Shown: positions 1 through 11,501 of the stretch, piece after piece
How positions within the stretch are numbered: position 1 is the stretch's first letter
Layout: each line of letters starts with the position of its first letter
Source: Octopus sinensis
Lineage: Eukaryota
Reading direction: 5' to 3'
Length of the DNA: 63,625 nucleotides
Assembly (NCBI RefSeq): GCF_006345805.1
Contig: NW_021832129.1
Span: forward strand, 1-63,625
Notes under the pieces: model-generated
Database searches by the model: none
The model's input: the letters and a program-made list of their open reading frames with translations, nothing else
What the model was told of the DNA's origin: nothing
Position numbers and translations under genes: made by a program

Positions 1-335
1 CTTAAGATATCCACGATAGATAACCCGACGAGGTCAGTTATCCATATACCGTAGCTCCCCATAGATGTGTGAACAGTGGGCCGCTTTCCCTCTGCACTCA
101 GTAGGGACGAGCGGAAAACAAGATTTACTTCCCAGTTCATGATATTCTGATATCGAGGTCGTTGATATCGATGAGTTGCCTGCCAAAATCTAAAGCCATC
201 AGGAGAAAGGATTTCGATAGCTATGATATCGAACGGGGCGAAACTGCAGATTGCTTATTCTTGGTGCTCCCGAAGCAGTTGGTTTCTACGCTGCTGCAAT
301 CCCATTGCAATGGGTATCAATATATATATTATATA

Positions 336-391
<56 letters not shown>

Positions 392-462
392 TATATATTA
401 AATTCGGGGTGAGTACTGATATTGTAAGCACTGTATATACGTTGGTGGTGTAGGTGGTGGAG

Positions 463-630
463 TAAATTAATCAAATAAAATAAAAACATGACGCCCAGGA
501 TTCAGCGGTACGTGCGCGGCTGAAGAAGGCCACAGACATACATTATGCATTGTTATAAATCCGTCTAATAAAGGCCCGAACATACGTACCGCTGAATCCT
601 TGGCGTCATGTTTTTATTTTGATTAATTTA
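463..630. mobile_element. Palindromic (foldback/MITE-like) element next to (TA)n
   Basis: Arms 463-513 and 584-630 are near-perfect reverse complements (one substitution, one 4-nt indel). Spacer is ~70 nt. Confidence 0.7.
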
Positions 631-675
631 TATATATATATATATATATATATCTATATATATATATATATATGT

Positions 676-1708
676 TAATAAATAAAACATATGCATATAT
701 ATAAACATATATGTACGTACCTACCTCTACATGTACCTATACACCATTATATGAGTACAGGACACCAAAAAGACGTCGAATCGAACACAATGAGAAACGA
801 AAAATAGACAGCAAACCCAAGGAACTGGACATTTTTTTAAACAACAAAAAAATAGAGTACAGGACAATCACACCAAAAAAACCCCTTCTTCAGTCGCTAT
901 GGTTTCATCTACTCTACGTTTCGAAGGTGAAAGCGAGACGTATCTTCGACAAGAAAATTTCCTTCCTGCGAAAAGCAAATCAATTAAAATTTTGAGATCT
1001 TTTCGCAGAGAGGTAAAAAAATGGTAACAAAAACAGGACAGTAACGACAGTACAAATAATAAGCAGTAAAAGACAGGACAAGGAAAAACAAGATAAGAAG
1101 GGTTGTTAACGCCGAACGGAAAAAAGTATTACGAACGAGCATTTTTTGTGAACGACGAACGGAGCAAAAAGAATTGCCGTTCACACCTCGAGAAGGTTAG
1201 GCTAGAAAGACAGTAGCGGAAGTCTCGTCACGGGTCAACGACGGGAGGGGGGAGGAGGAGCAAGAGAAAGGGAGAGAAGAAGGGGAATGGTCATGAGGAA
1301 ACCATGAAGAATGAGAGAGGGGGAGAGAGAGAGAATGAAGAATGAGAGAGGGAGAGACAAGTTAAGTAGAGGAAAAGGAAATCAAAGAATGAAGGCTGAG
1401 AAAGGGATGGGACAGAAAGGTTAAGAGTGCGCATCAAAGTTAATATCAAGAACAATCTTACTTAAAAAGGGATGCGTGCGTTTCGTCATATAATATATTA
1501 ATAAATAAAACATATGCATATATATAAACATATATGTACGTACCTACCTCTACATGTACATATACACGCATATATGAGTACAGGACACCAAAAAGACGTC
1601 GAACACAATGAAAAACGAAAACATAGACACAAACGCAAGGAACTGGAAATTTTTTTAAACAACAAAAAAATAGAGTACAAGACAATTAACACAAAGAAAA
1701 AAACCCTT

Positions 1709-1753
<45 letters not shown>

Positions 1754-1926
1754 CTTGTCATTCAATGCTCGAAATGAGGAGTAGATGGACAGCCGATAAC
1801 TGATGAAGGGTCGTTCTTTATGTGACTTGTCCTGTTTTTCATTTGTTTCTCTCGTTGTTTGAGTATTCAACTCATTATTTTCGTATTTCATGTTGTTTTC
1901 AGTTTGAGACGTCCTGTACCCATATA

Positions 1927-1961
<35 letters not shown>

Positions 1962-2243
1962 ATGTATGTTTGTATGTATATATATATGTTTGTATGTATG
2001 TTTGTATATATATATATATATAACAATTTAATGAATATAACATATGCATATATACATACATATATGTACATACCTACATTTATATGTATATATACATGCA
2101 TATATGAGTACAGGACACCACAAATAAACGTAGAACACAGCGAGAAACGAAAACATAAAATCAAACAAGGAAACGGACTTTTTTTAACAACGAAAAAATA
2201 GAGTACAGGACAAACAATACAAGGAAAATTCCCCTTCATCAGC
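676..2243. repeat. Three diverged direct copies of a ~210 bp (TA)n-associated repeat (~676-895, ~1499-1710, ~2030-2243)
   Basis: Shared catatgcatatatata...gagtacaggacacca...aacaacaaaaaaatagagtac... sequence. Confidence 0.65.
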
Positions 2244-2261
2244 TGCCCCTGGTTCGACTCA

Positions 2262-2432
2262 ATGCGTTCTGAGTTCAAATTCCGCCAAGGTCGACTTTGC
2301 CTTCCATTATTACGGGGTCGATAAATTAAGTACCAGTTACGCACTGAGGTCGATGTAATCGACTTAATCTGTTCGTCTGTCCTTGTTTGTTCCCTCTATG
2401 TTCAGCCCCTTGTGGACAATAAAAAAAAAAAA
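2262..2432 (+). mobile_element. 5'-truncated SINE family 1 with Tx1-type tail and short poly(A)
   Basis: gttctgagttcaaattccgcc...taatcgacttaatc...gccccttgtggacaataaaaaaaa. Confidence 0.85.
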
Positions 2433-2439
2433 TTATTAT

Positions 2440-2840
2440 ATATGCACACACACACACACACACACACCTTGTATTGTTCGCGGCTGTGGAGTGTAAATAT
2501 GTATGCGCGTGCGTGCGTATATTTATATATGAGTACGTATGTCTACATACACTTAAGTGTGCGTGTGTATAAATAGTTGTATGCGTAGCTACGCTTCAAC
2601 TACATACATGTATGTGTCAACACACACACACAAACACACACACACACACACAAACACTCACACACACAAATACACACACAAACACTCACATACACACGCA
2701 CGCACACACACAGACACACAGACACACGCACGAATACACACACACACACACAAATACACACAAATACACACACACACACAAATACACACACAAACACTCA
2801 CACACACACGCACGCACACACACACACACAAGTACACACA

Positions 2841-2886
<46 letters not shown>

Positions 2887-3067
2887 GCATTGTTTTATTA
2901 AACGGTACAAGTGACAGGAAAACTTCATGTTCGACCGGATTAATAATATAAAAATATATAAATACTCATGTTTTGAGTTAAATTTTCCTCTTTGTATCAC
3001 CCGCACCTCCACATACACACATATACATATATACATACATGTGTGTGGTGTGTTTTTGTGTGTATGT

Positions 3068-3125
<58 letters not shown>

Positions 3126-3305
3126 TCTTCCCGTTCGTCGCGCTTCTATATTTATCCTTTTTTTTTCATTTACATCCTGACAATAGCAAAGGCTGTCTAC
3201 TGGGTTTCTTTTTATGTGAGAACAGCGTCTGATTGTCTGGGTGTATATGAGTGTGTATACATACATACATACATACATACATACATACATACATACATAC
3301 ATACA

Positions 3306-3336
<31 letters not shown>

Positions 3337-3558
3337 CTATATATGCCTGTGTGTATGTGTATGAAATTGTGTGTGTATGTGTTTGTGTGAATGGATGTTT
3401 TTACACTGCACATAGCGACATAATTTCGGTGTGGGCCAGGAGCCATTATATCGACCCTGGGAGGAAGAAAACCAAGGTCGATCACAGCTGGAATTTGAAC
3501 TCAAACTGTAAACAAACGTAACTGAATAGTCTGTAGCAATTTGTCCTGCACTTAGTAT

Positions 3559-3614
<56 letters not shown>

Positions 3615-3791
3615 ATAATAATAATAATAATAATAATAGCAATAATAATAATAATAATAATAATAATGATGATTTCATTTATTTGCCGCAAGGGTGAAGG
3701 GTGAGAGGTACAATGCAAAGACAGGCATAAAGTGTGGGGAGTTTCCATATAATAAGGAAATGATAATAATTGTAAGAAAGAAAGAAAGAAA

Positions 3792-3828
<37 letters not shown>

Positions 3829-3840
3829 GAAGACGGTATA
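2440..3840. repeat. Microsatellite cluster: (CA)n, (GT)n, (CATA)n, (CTA)n/(ATA)n, (GAAA)n
   Basis: Direct inspection. Confidence 0.95.
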
Positions 3841-3919
3841 CAAAAAAAGAAAGAACATAAGCACAGCATTCAAAGGTAAAAAAGAAAATGGTGGTGAGGA
3901 TGATAGAGATGTGGCCCTC

Positions 3920-4710
3920 CTGATACAGGAAGGCCTCTAGGGATAGTTGAGGAACCCCCACTGTCTCTGAGATTTCCCTTAAACCCCAAGAGCAAGTGTC
4001 CTTCCGATTCACAGCACTATACTTAGAGAGGGACCATCTACTCTTGCCATTTTTGCAACTTTCACCCACCTTTCAATAAATTCACTCGAGGACAGCACTT
4101 CTCTCTCCACTCTCAATTTCCTTTTCAAGTGAATTTAAATGATAATTTCTCTTATTAGCCAGAGGACATCTCTTATTAGCTGAGGAGGACATCACTAGGA
4201 CAGACAAGAATTTGTGAGAGGCTTTACATAAAGGATGGAGAGAAAGAAATATAAAAGACAACGAAATGCGATAAAAGTATAAATAGTATACAAAGTATGT
4301 GATAATATGAGTGATGCAGTCCTTATACAGGAGAAATTCCAGCTAGGGCCAATCAAGGAACCCCCACAGATCCAGGATTACCCTGACCGCCAAAGTTACA
4401 AGCCGTCTCTCTTATTCTTTTATTTACAAAAGTATAAATAGTATACAAAGTATGGGATGACATGAGTGATGCAGTCCTCCTCATACAGGAGAAACTCCAG
4501 CTTGGGCCAATCAAGGAACCCCCACAGATCCAGAATTATCCTGACCGCCAAAGTTACAAGCCATCTCTCTTACAAGCACATCCTAACAGTGGGGCCATTC
4601 ACTCTTACAATTTTTGCTAGTCACCCATCTTTTCACAAATTCACAGCAAGGTAACACTTCTCTCTTAACCTTCTCTTTTCTTTCCAAGGGGAACTTTTAA
4701 AAAAATAGAT
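3920..4710. repeat. Unclassified repeat with a ~140-160 bp near-identical direct duplication (~4274-4413 / ~4430-4570) and older diverged copies
   Basis: aaagtataaatagtatacaaagtatg...caaggaacccccacagatcc...gttacaagcc occurs twice. A diverged aggaacccccac block is at ~3950. Confidence 0.55.
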
Positions 4711-4716
4711 GAAAGC

Positions 4717-4902
4717 TTGACCGAAAAGGAAGGAGTCTTTCCTGAATCCTTTCAGACTCGTCCACCACACAACCTCTTTCGCCATAGCCACAAGACAAAG
4801 GAACACCGCCACTTAGGGTGGCCCTCACATTGGATCCGGCCAACAGCTGGATTCCTCCCACACGCGATTACACAGCTAAACTCCACCACAACTCAGCAAT
4901 AG
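4717..4902 (+). mobile_element. Possible Rex1/CR1-group LINE ORF2 C-terminal remnant
   Basis: ...PHNLF...FLPHAITQLNS resembles the HxLF...SFxPxAIxxLN C-terminal motif. Weak match. Confidence 0.3.
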
Positions 4903-5035
4903 TCGGACACTATACGAGTGCACGCTGAACGGTTTCATTGCTCTACATGCATCTCGGACAGCGTTTCTGTGCCTGTAGTGTTTATTTCGAATGGGCAGTG
5001 TTCCTCGAGTAACACTGCCAAGGTAAAATGGTCAA

Positions 5036-5210
5036 CGGCATTTCATCTATTTTCATGTTTCAAATTCAAATTTCGCCGAGGTCAACTTTGCCTCTCATCC
5101 TTTCGGAGTCGATAAATTAAGTACCAGTGAATCGACTAGTCCCCTCCCCCAAAATTTCAGGTCTTTTACCTATAGTAGAAAGGGTTTATTATTATTATTA
5201 TTATTATTAT
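5036..5210 (+). mobile_element. SINE family 1 with alternative (ccccaaaatttc...(ATT)n) tail
   Basis: Same central domain (gaggtcaactttgcc...gtcgataaattaagtaccag) as the other copies, but a different 3' end followed by (ATT)n. Confidence 0.75.
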
Positions 5211-5670
5211 TGAGTGAGAGAGCAGTGCATGCCATCAAAGTGACACTGGGGTAAAATATTCGAAGCCCAGTATACCCATCATGACTACCTATCTGATAAG
5301 GGTACACCAGGCACATGCATCACAACCATATGTGCGCGACATGGTGATCTCATATCAAGATAAACAGCGCATGACCTTGCAGGTGGGGCCCAGTTAGAAT
5401 TTTCTTCTGGTCGAGTAACCCAATCTGCTCAAACGGTCCCTGAATAAGTGTTGTTTAAGGATGTTGAACGAAGCACCCATGTCTCCAGAGGTGAATTATT
5501 CAAACCCCAAAGAATCCCTCTCAACACATGACTATGATGCTCCCCCACTACTGTTCGTGATCAGAGATGCACATATGATCAGCCACTAAGAGACATGCTC
5601 AACTGGTTAAGGTCAAACAACTGACAAGCAAATCTGTGGTATTGAGCAGAATATTTGCTGTAGCCCATCT
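5211..5670. mobile_element. ~460 bp interspersed repeat embedded in (ATT)n; inverted partial copy at ~6262-6325
   Basis: ...aaatctgtggtattgagcagaatatttgctgtagcccatct is the reverse complement of agatgggctacagcaaatattctgctcaatatcacagattt at ~6280-6320. Confidence 0.6.
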
Positions 5671-5733
5671 ATTATTATTATTATCATTATTATTATTATT
5701 ATTGTTGTTGTTGTTGTTGTTGTTATTATTATA

Positions 5734-5800
<67 letters not shown>

Positions 5801-6170
5801 GAGACTCTCGAATAGTTCTTAATTACCGGTTATTGTTTACTTGAAAGCAGGTAATAACAAATCACCAAAGGTTTCAAGTGGTTCCCTCTCCTCTAACTCA
5901 AAAAGACAATACTTTCCTTAGAATGCGAGCTGTACCCAACAATCCTGTCTTCTGGATCACCTCGAGTCTAACAGTAGCTCCAATATTCTTAATATGTTTT
6001 CCAAAGCCCTTAGAAACTGCTCCCAACGCTCCAATTACCACCTGTATCACCATTACTTTCCTCATGCCCCATAACTTCCCTATCTCGTCCCGCAATGGCT
6101 GGTATTTCTCAATCTTTTCTCTTTCCTTATATTTCCCCCTCTAATCGCCTGGTATTACAACATCTATTAT
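5801..6170 (-). mobile_element. 5'-truncated RLE-type non-LTR retrotransposon 3' end (R4/Dong-like), abutting (TAA)n
   Basis: Minus strand reads IDVVIPGD*RGKYKEREKIEKYQPLRDEIGKLWGMRKVMVIQVVIGALG...LLGTARILRKVL, a typical RLE C-terminus. (TAA)n tail at 5671-5800. Confidence 0.8.
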
Positions 6171-6390
6171 CTTTGCTTATTAATATATGCCCTGATGCAG
6201 TACCAGACAGTGACTCTCATAGCTTCTGATCTTAATTGACTGGAAGTGTTATCATGTACATTGTTTTGTCTTGGTATAAAAGATGGGCTACAGCAAATAT
6301 TCTGCTCAATATCACAGATTTGCTTATTATTATTATTATTATTTATTATTATTATTATTTTATTATTATTATTATCATTATTATTATTAT

Positions 6391-6716
6391 CGATCCCGAA
6401 AACATAACAGGTAGAGTCGACTTCTGCCGAATTTGAACACATGACGTGAAGACGGACGATATGCCACTAAACATTTTGTCCGGCGTGCCAACGATTCTGC
6501 CAGCTCAACAACAATAACAATATTGGTTTCAAACTTTGGCACAAGGCCAGCAATTACGGGGGAGGGGGTAAGTCTATTACATCGATCCCCCCCCTCACTC
6601 CAGTGATCAATTCGTACTTATTTCATCGACTCCCGAACGGATGAAAGGCAAAATCAACCTCGGTGGAATATGAACTCAAAACACAAAGACAGACGAAATG
6701 CCGCTAAGCATTCTAT
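6391..6716 (-). mobile_element. Two partial minus-strand SINE family 1 copies
   Basis: gtcgacttc...aatttgaac...acgattctgccagctc, and tttggcacaaggcc...ggatgaaaggcaaa...gacgaaatgccgctaagcatt. Confidence 0.75.
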
Positions 6717-6721
6717 TCGGC

Positions 6722-7120
6722 AAACGTTAGCACGCCGGGCGAAATGCTGAGCGGTATTTCGTCTGCCGTTACGTTCTGAGTTCAAATTCCGCCGAGGTCG
6801 ACTTTGCCTTTCATCATTTCGGGGTCGATTAAATAAGTACCATTTACGCACTGGGGTCGATATAATCGACTTAATCCGTTTGTCTGTCCTTGTTTGTCCT
6901 CTCTGTGTTTAACCCCTTGTAGGTAGTAAAGAAATAGGTATTTTGTCTGTCTTTATGTTCTGAGTTCAAATTCCGCCGAGGTCGACATTGTCTTTCATCC
7001 TTTCGGGGTCGATTAAATAAGTACCATTTACGCACTGGGGTCGATATAATCGACTTAATCCGTTTGTCTGTCCTTGTTTGTCCCTTCTGTGTTTAGCCCC
7101 TTATGGGTAGTAAAGAAATA
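6722..7120 (+). mobile_element. SINE family 1 with tandemly repeated body+tail (184 bp unit 6937-7120)
   Basis: The tail ...gtaaagaaata is directly followed by ggtattt..., which restarts the SINE internally. Confidence 0.85.
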
Positions 7121-7585
7121 GGTTCTACCGTTTCGCCGCTTTATAAGAGTTCAATATATTGACATCGATCACAATAGACACGAATCCTTCATATTTAAAT
7201 TCTCAACAACTCCTGTTTTTCTATATTCCCACGCCTGCCCCACCCCCCAACATTTGCATCCTGTACCTTTTCCTCCAGTTGGCCTCAACCACCTAATTTG
7301 ACAGTATTTCACTTCTGTATAATTATTTCGTTGAAATAAAACTTACTCCGGCTGTCAAATTTGCATTACTTCCCCTTCGATATTTTGTTTTGTTCTGCCA
7401 CCGTAAATAAATACTCCCATTCCCCACCACCACCACCACCACCACCAATCACACCCCCTAGTCATGCCCGGATGTATTTTTACGATCTGTCAAGTTTGTC
7501 ACGTAATTGCGTCGATAGCTTTTCATTTAAACCGATATCGTTATTAAAGACATGAAGCAGAATCGAGCCATTTTATTTAACCTAT

Positions 7586-7629
<44 letters not shown>

Positions 7630-7818
7630 CTCTCTTTCTCTCTCTCTCTCGTCACTATTTCATGCAAAATGCGTTACATCAGCCGGATCGATATTTTCCT
7701 GAGATGATAAATATTTGTATGAGAATAAAGTGCGCGTATTGTTCCTTATGAATTCGCGCATGTGTGTGTGTGTTTGTGTGTTTGTGTGCACGCGCTCTCG
7801 CATATTTGTGAAAAAGTA

Positions 7819-7840
7819 AGGCGGCGAGCTGGCAGAAACG
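7819..7840 (+). mobile_element. 5' fragment of host tRNA-derived SINE (family 1)
   Basis: aggcggcgagctggcagaaacg matches the uninterrupted SINE head at ~57002. It is preceded by the TSD (a)tatttgtgaaaaagta at 7802/7803-7818. Confidence 0.85.
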
Positions 7841-8027
7841 TCACCACTTCGTTTGACGTCGGTTGTGTTTTTTTCGGCTCCTGAAAATTCGGTAAAAAAG
7901 AACAAAAAGCGTTGTTGTTGTTGTGGAAATTCTGAACGGCGTTGACGCGGTTTCGCGTTTCGCTCGTTCAGCGCGTTAAACTTTTTTCTGTTTTGGCGGC
8001 CGTTTTCGGTCTGTCAGACAGAAGGAA

Positions 8028-9433
8028 ATGGACTATGAGTCCCTCTAACAGACTTGTCCACGACAGATGAGGAACTGGAACAGGCAATTGCAGTGAAGCT
8101 GATGGAGGAAAAGGCTGGAGTTTTCGAGTCTTTATCAGACTTGTCTGAGAAGGAGCTAGAAAGGCAGCAGGAAATTGGAAAAGAAGCTGAGTTATACTTA
8201 TGCCGGTGTAACCAAGAAGGCGGAAGAGAAAGGGGTCGACTTGGCCAAGCTACCAAGTTAACCAGAAACACATGAAAAAGGAAAGCGGTGAGGTGGAACT
8301 ATCACCGACACCCAGGAGAAAAATGGTATGATAAGAGGACCATTGTTTACAGGGTGTTGCAAAACGAAGGAAGAGGGTAGAAGTTGTCCATGGAATGGAT
8401 AGAGGAAGCCCTGCGAAAACTGAGGAGGAAATAAATTTTCTGACTCGAGGATCCAAGTATGGGACCGTAGTTGTGCAGTTTTTAAAAAGTGAATCTGCAG
8501 CGAGGAAGATGGCGGCGAAGGCGGTGAAGTCGGAAAAGGTAACACTGTTACCTACGTATTTAAACAGGAGGATTACACGAATAAGGGTGGAGGGAGTGCC
8601 ACCAAACGTGGAGGCAGAATGGATTGTGGGGGCGCTGTGATCAGCGGCCACGAGGACGAAGTAGATATTCTCCATGCCTCGGTAAGTCCGAGGGCTGGAG
8701 AGGCGTAACAGTGGAGCTGAACGTACAGGCAGAGACCGAGGTACTGGTGGACCTGACGGAAAGCATCAGACTGGGAGAAGTGATCAGAGAGTGTGTGGTT
8801 GAGGGCAGGGCTCCACGTTGTGTACAAGTGTGGCCTTAGGGGTCACATAAGAGCCTTCTGCCCTCCCCCAGGGAAAGAAATGGATCCCGAACCAGAGAGA
8901 GAGAAGCAGAAACCAGAGGAGAAGGAAACAGAGGAAGAGAATACACAGAAATGGAAGGAAGCTGGAAGTAAGAGGAAGAGAAGAATACGTGGAAAATAAA
9001 ATAATATGGAACTACAATCCACCCCAAAACCACCCACGCCCTCTGAGTCCCACCCTATCCATGCAGACATTGAACCCACCCGCTCCCCCCCAACAAGAAA
9101 CACAAAGAAAAAAAGAATACACACACACAAGAGATTGAAATCGATATCAGGCCGTACATTTGTACTATGACTGAACAGAAAGAAGTAAAGTCTAATGGAA
9201 GAGTATAAATGGTATGATGTTGTGAGACTAGGTATGCTGTGATTGAAAAGAAGAACATAGGTGACTTTATGGTGATGTGTGAATGCGAGAATTGGGAGGT
9301 GAAAGATATAAGAATGAGCGATGAATTCGTGGAAAATATGGATGAGTATTTCGGAGTAAGAATGGATATGGAATTTGTTCGTATTGGCAAGGAACATTCA
9401 AGTGACTATGAAAAACAAAGGACAGGTAAGTGA
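8028..9433 (+). CDS. Element A unit 1 ORF1 (frameshifted as assembled)
   Basis: ATG 8028 (MDYES...) to ...RTGK-TGA 9433. Fragments match the consensus MDYESLTDLS...KRTIVYRV...TLLPTYLNRRITRIRVEGVPP...RAPRCYKCGLRGHIRAFC...MTEQKEV...RTGK. Confidence 0.75.
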
Positions 9434-9769
9434 TGCTGACGGACTGGGCCGTTGGTATCGCTTTCATTTAATCATTTTTTCGTTTAACAATTCATGTTCA
9501 TAAAGTTTAATTATAATGTTCTATGTCCCCATGTCTTTGGTGTCCCCTTCTGTGTCGCCCCTAGTGGGTAATAAGAAATCACCACTTCTTTTTTGACGTC
9601 GGTTGTGTTTTTTTTCGGCTCCTGAAAATTCGGTAAAAAAACAAAAAGCGTTGTTGTTGTTGTGGAAATTCTGAACGGCGTTTGACGCGCGGTTTCGCGT
9701 TTCGCTCGTTCAGCGCGTTAAACTTTTTTCTGTTTTGGCGGCCGTTTTCGGTCTGTCAGACAGAAGGAA

Positions 9770-11168
9770 ATGGACTATGAGTCTCTAACAGACTTGCCAC
9801 GACAGATGAGGAACTGGAACAGGCAATTGCAGTGAAGCTGATGGAGGAAAAGGCTGGAGTTTTCGAGTCTTTATCAGACTCGTCTGAGAAGGAGCTAGAA
9901 ATGGCAGCAAGGAATTTGGAAAAGAAGCTGAGTTATACTTATGGCCGGTGTAACAAGAAGGCGGAAGAGAAAGGGGTCGACTTGGCCAAGCTACCAAGTT
10001 ACCAGAAACACATGAAAAAGGAAAGCGGTGAGGTGGAACTATCACCGACACCCAGGAGAAAAGAATGGTATGATAAGAGGACCATTGTTTACAGGGTGTT
10101 CGCAAACGAAAGGAAGAGGGTAGAAGTTGTAACCATGGATGGATAGAGGAAGCCCTGCGAAGAACTGAGGAGGAAATAAATTTTCTGACTCGAGGATCCA
10201 AGTATGGGACCGTAGTTGTGCATTTTAAAAGTGAATCTGCAGCGAGGAAGATGGCGGCGAAGGCGGTGAAGTCGGAAAAGGTAACACTGTTACCTACGTA
10301 TTTAAACAGGAGGATTACACGAATAGGTGGAGGGAGTGCACCCAAACGTGAGGCAAATGGATGTGGGCGGCTGTGATCAGCGGCCACGAGGACGAAGTAG
10401 ATATTCTCCATGCCTCGGTTAAGTCCGAGGGCTGGAGAGGCGTAACAGTGGAGCTGAACGTACAGGCAGAGACCGAGGTACTGGTGGACCTGACGGAAAG
10501 CATCAGACTGGGAGAAGTGATCATGAGAGTGTGGGTGGAGGGCAGGGCTCCACGTTGTTACAAGTGTGGCCTGAGGGGTCACATAAGAGCCTTCTGCCCT
10601 CCCCCAGGGAAAGAAATGGATCCCGAACCAGAGAGAGAGAAGCAGAAACCAGAGGAGAAGGAAACAGAGGAAGAGAATACACAAAATGGAAGGAAGCTGG
10701 AAGTAAGAGGAAGAGAAGAATACGCGGAAAAGAAAATAATATGGAACTCCAATCCACCCCAAAACCACCCACCACCGCCCTCTGAGTCCCACCCTATCCA
10801 TGCAGACATTGAACCCACCCGCTCCCCCCCACAAGAAAACAAAGAAAAAAAAGAATACACACACACAGAGATTGAAATCGATATCAGGCCGTACTTTGTA
10901 CTATGACTGAACAGAAAGAAGTTAAAAGTCTAATGGAAGAGTATAAATGGTATGATGTTGGTGAGACTAGTATGCTGTGATTGAAAAGAAGAACATAGGT
11001 GACTTTATGGTGATGTGTGAATGCGAGAATTGGGAGGTGAAAGATATAAGAATGAGCGATGAATTCGTGGAAAATATGGATGAGTATTTCGGAGTAAGAA
11101 TGGATATGGAATTTGTTCGTATTGGCAAGGACTTCAAGTGACTATGAAAAACAAAGGACAGTAAGTGA
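9770..11168 (+). CDS. Element A unit 2 ORF1 (frameshifted as assembled)
   Basis: ORF-track fragments 9832-10146 and 10361-10906 carry the N-terminal part and the CX2CX4HX4C knuckle. Confidence 0.75.
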
Positions 11169-11501
11169 TTGCTGACGGACGGGCCGTTGGTATCGCTTTC
11201 ATTTAATCATTTTTTCGTTTAACAATTCATTTTCATAAAGTTTAATTATAATGTTCTATGTCCCCATGTTTTTTAGGTGTCCCCTTCTGTGTCCCCCTAT
11301 TGGGTAAGAAAGAAATCACCACTTCGTTTGACGTCGGTGTGTTTTTTTTCGGCTCCTGAAAATTCGGTAAAAAAGAACAAAAAGCGTTGTGTTGTTTGTG
11401 GAAATTCTGAACGGCGTTGACGCGGTTTCGCGTTTCGCTCGTTCAGCGCGTTAACTTTTTTCTGTTTTGGCGGCCGTTTTCGGTCTGTCAGACAGAAGGA
11501 A

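Noticed and set aside
1-315. GC-richer segment at the window start as an exon
   Set aside because: Short open frames only, no motif and no clear splice boundaries.
162-3873. Numerous ORFs rich in IY, HT, CV or MYVC repeats (also throughout 36-62 kb)
   Set aside because: They are translations of (TA)n, (CA)n and (CATA)n microsatellites, which lack stops in some frames.
6722-7120. CRISPR-like repeat/spacer pattern in SINE tandem units or the 15 bp minisatellite
   Set aside because: Eukaryotic context, no unique equal-length spacers and no cas genes.
7819-7860. Functional tRNA gene at SINE heads
   Set aside because: Only A/B-box-like motifs and a GGCGG/CCGCC acceptor-like pairing. No complete cloverleaf, and the heads are attached to SINE bodies.
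8410-8450. CUGAGGA…GAAA in each A unit as a hammerhead
   Set aside because: No stem II between the motifs, and it lies in coding sequence (TEEEI).
9420-9580. Element A as a spliced (ORF2-removed) product of a full LINE
   Set aside because: The GTAAGT donor is still present after ORF1, and splicing from it would have removed it.
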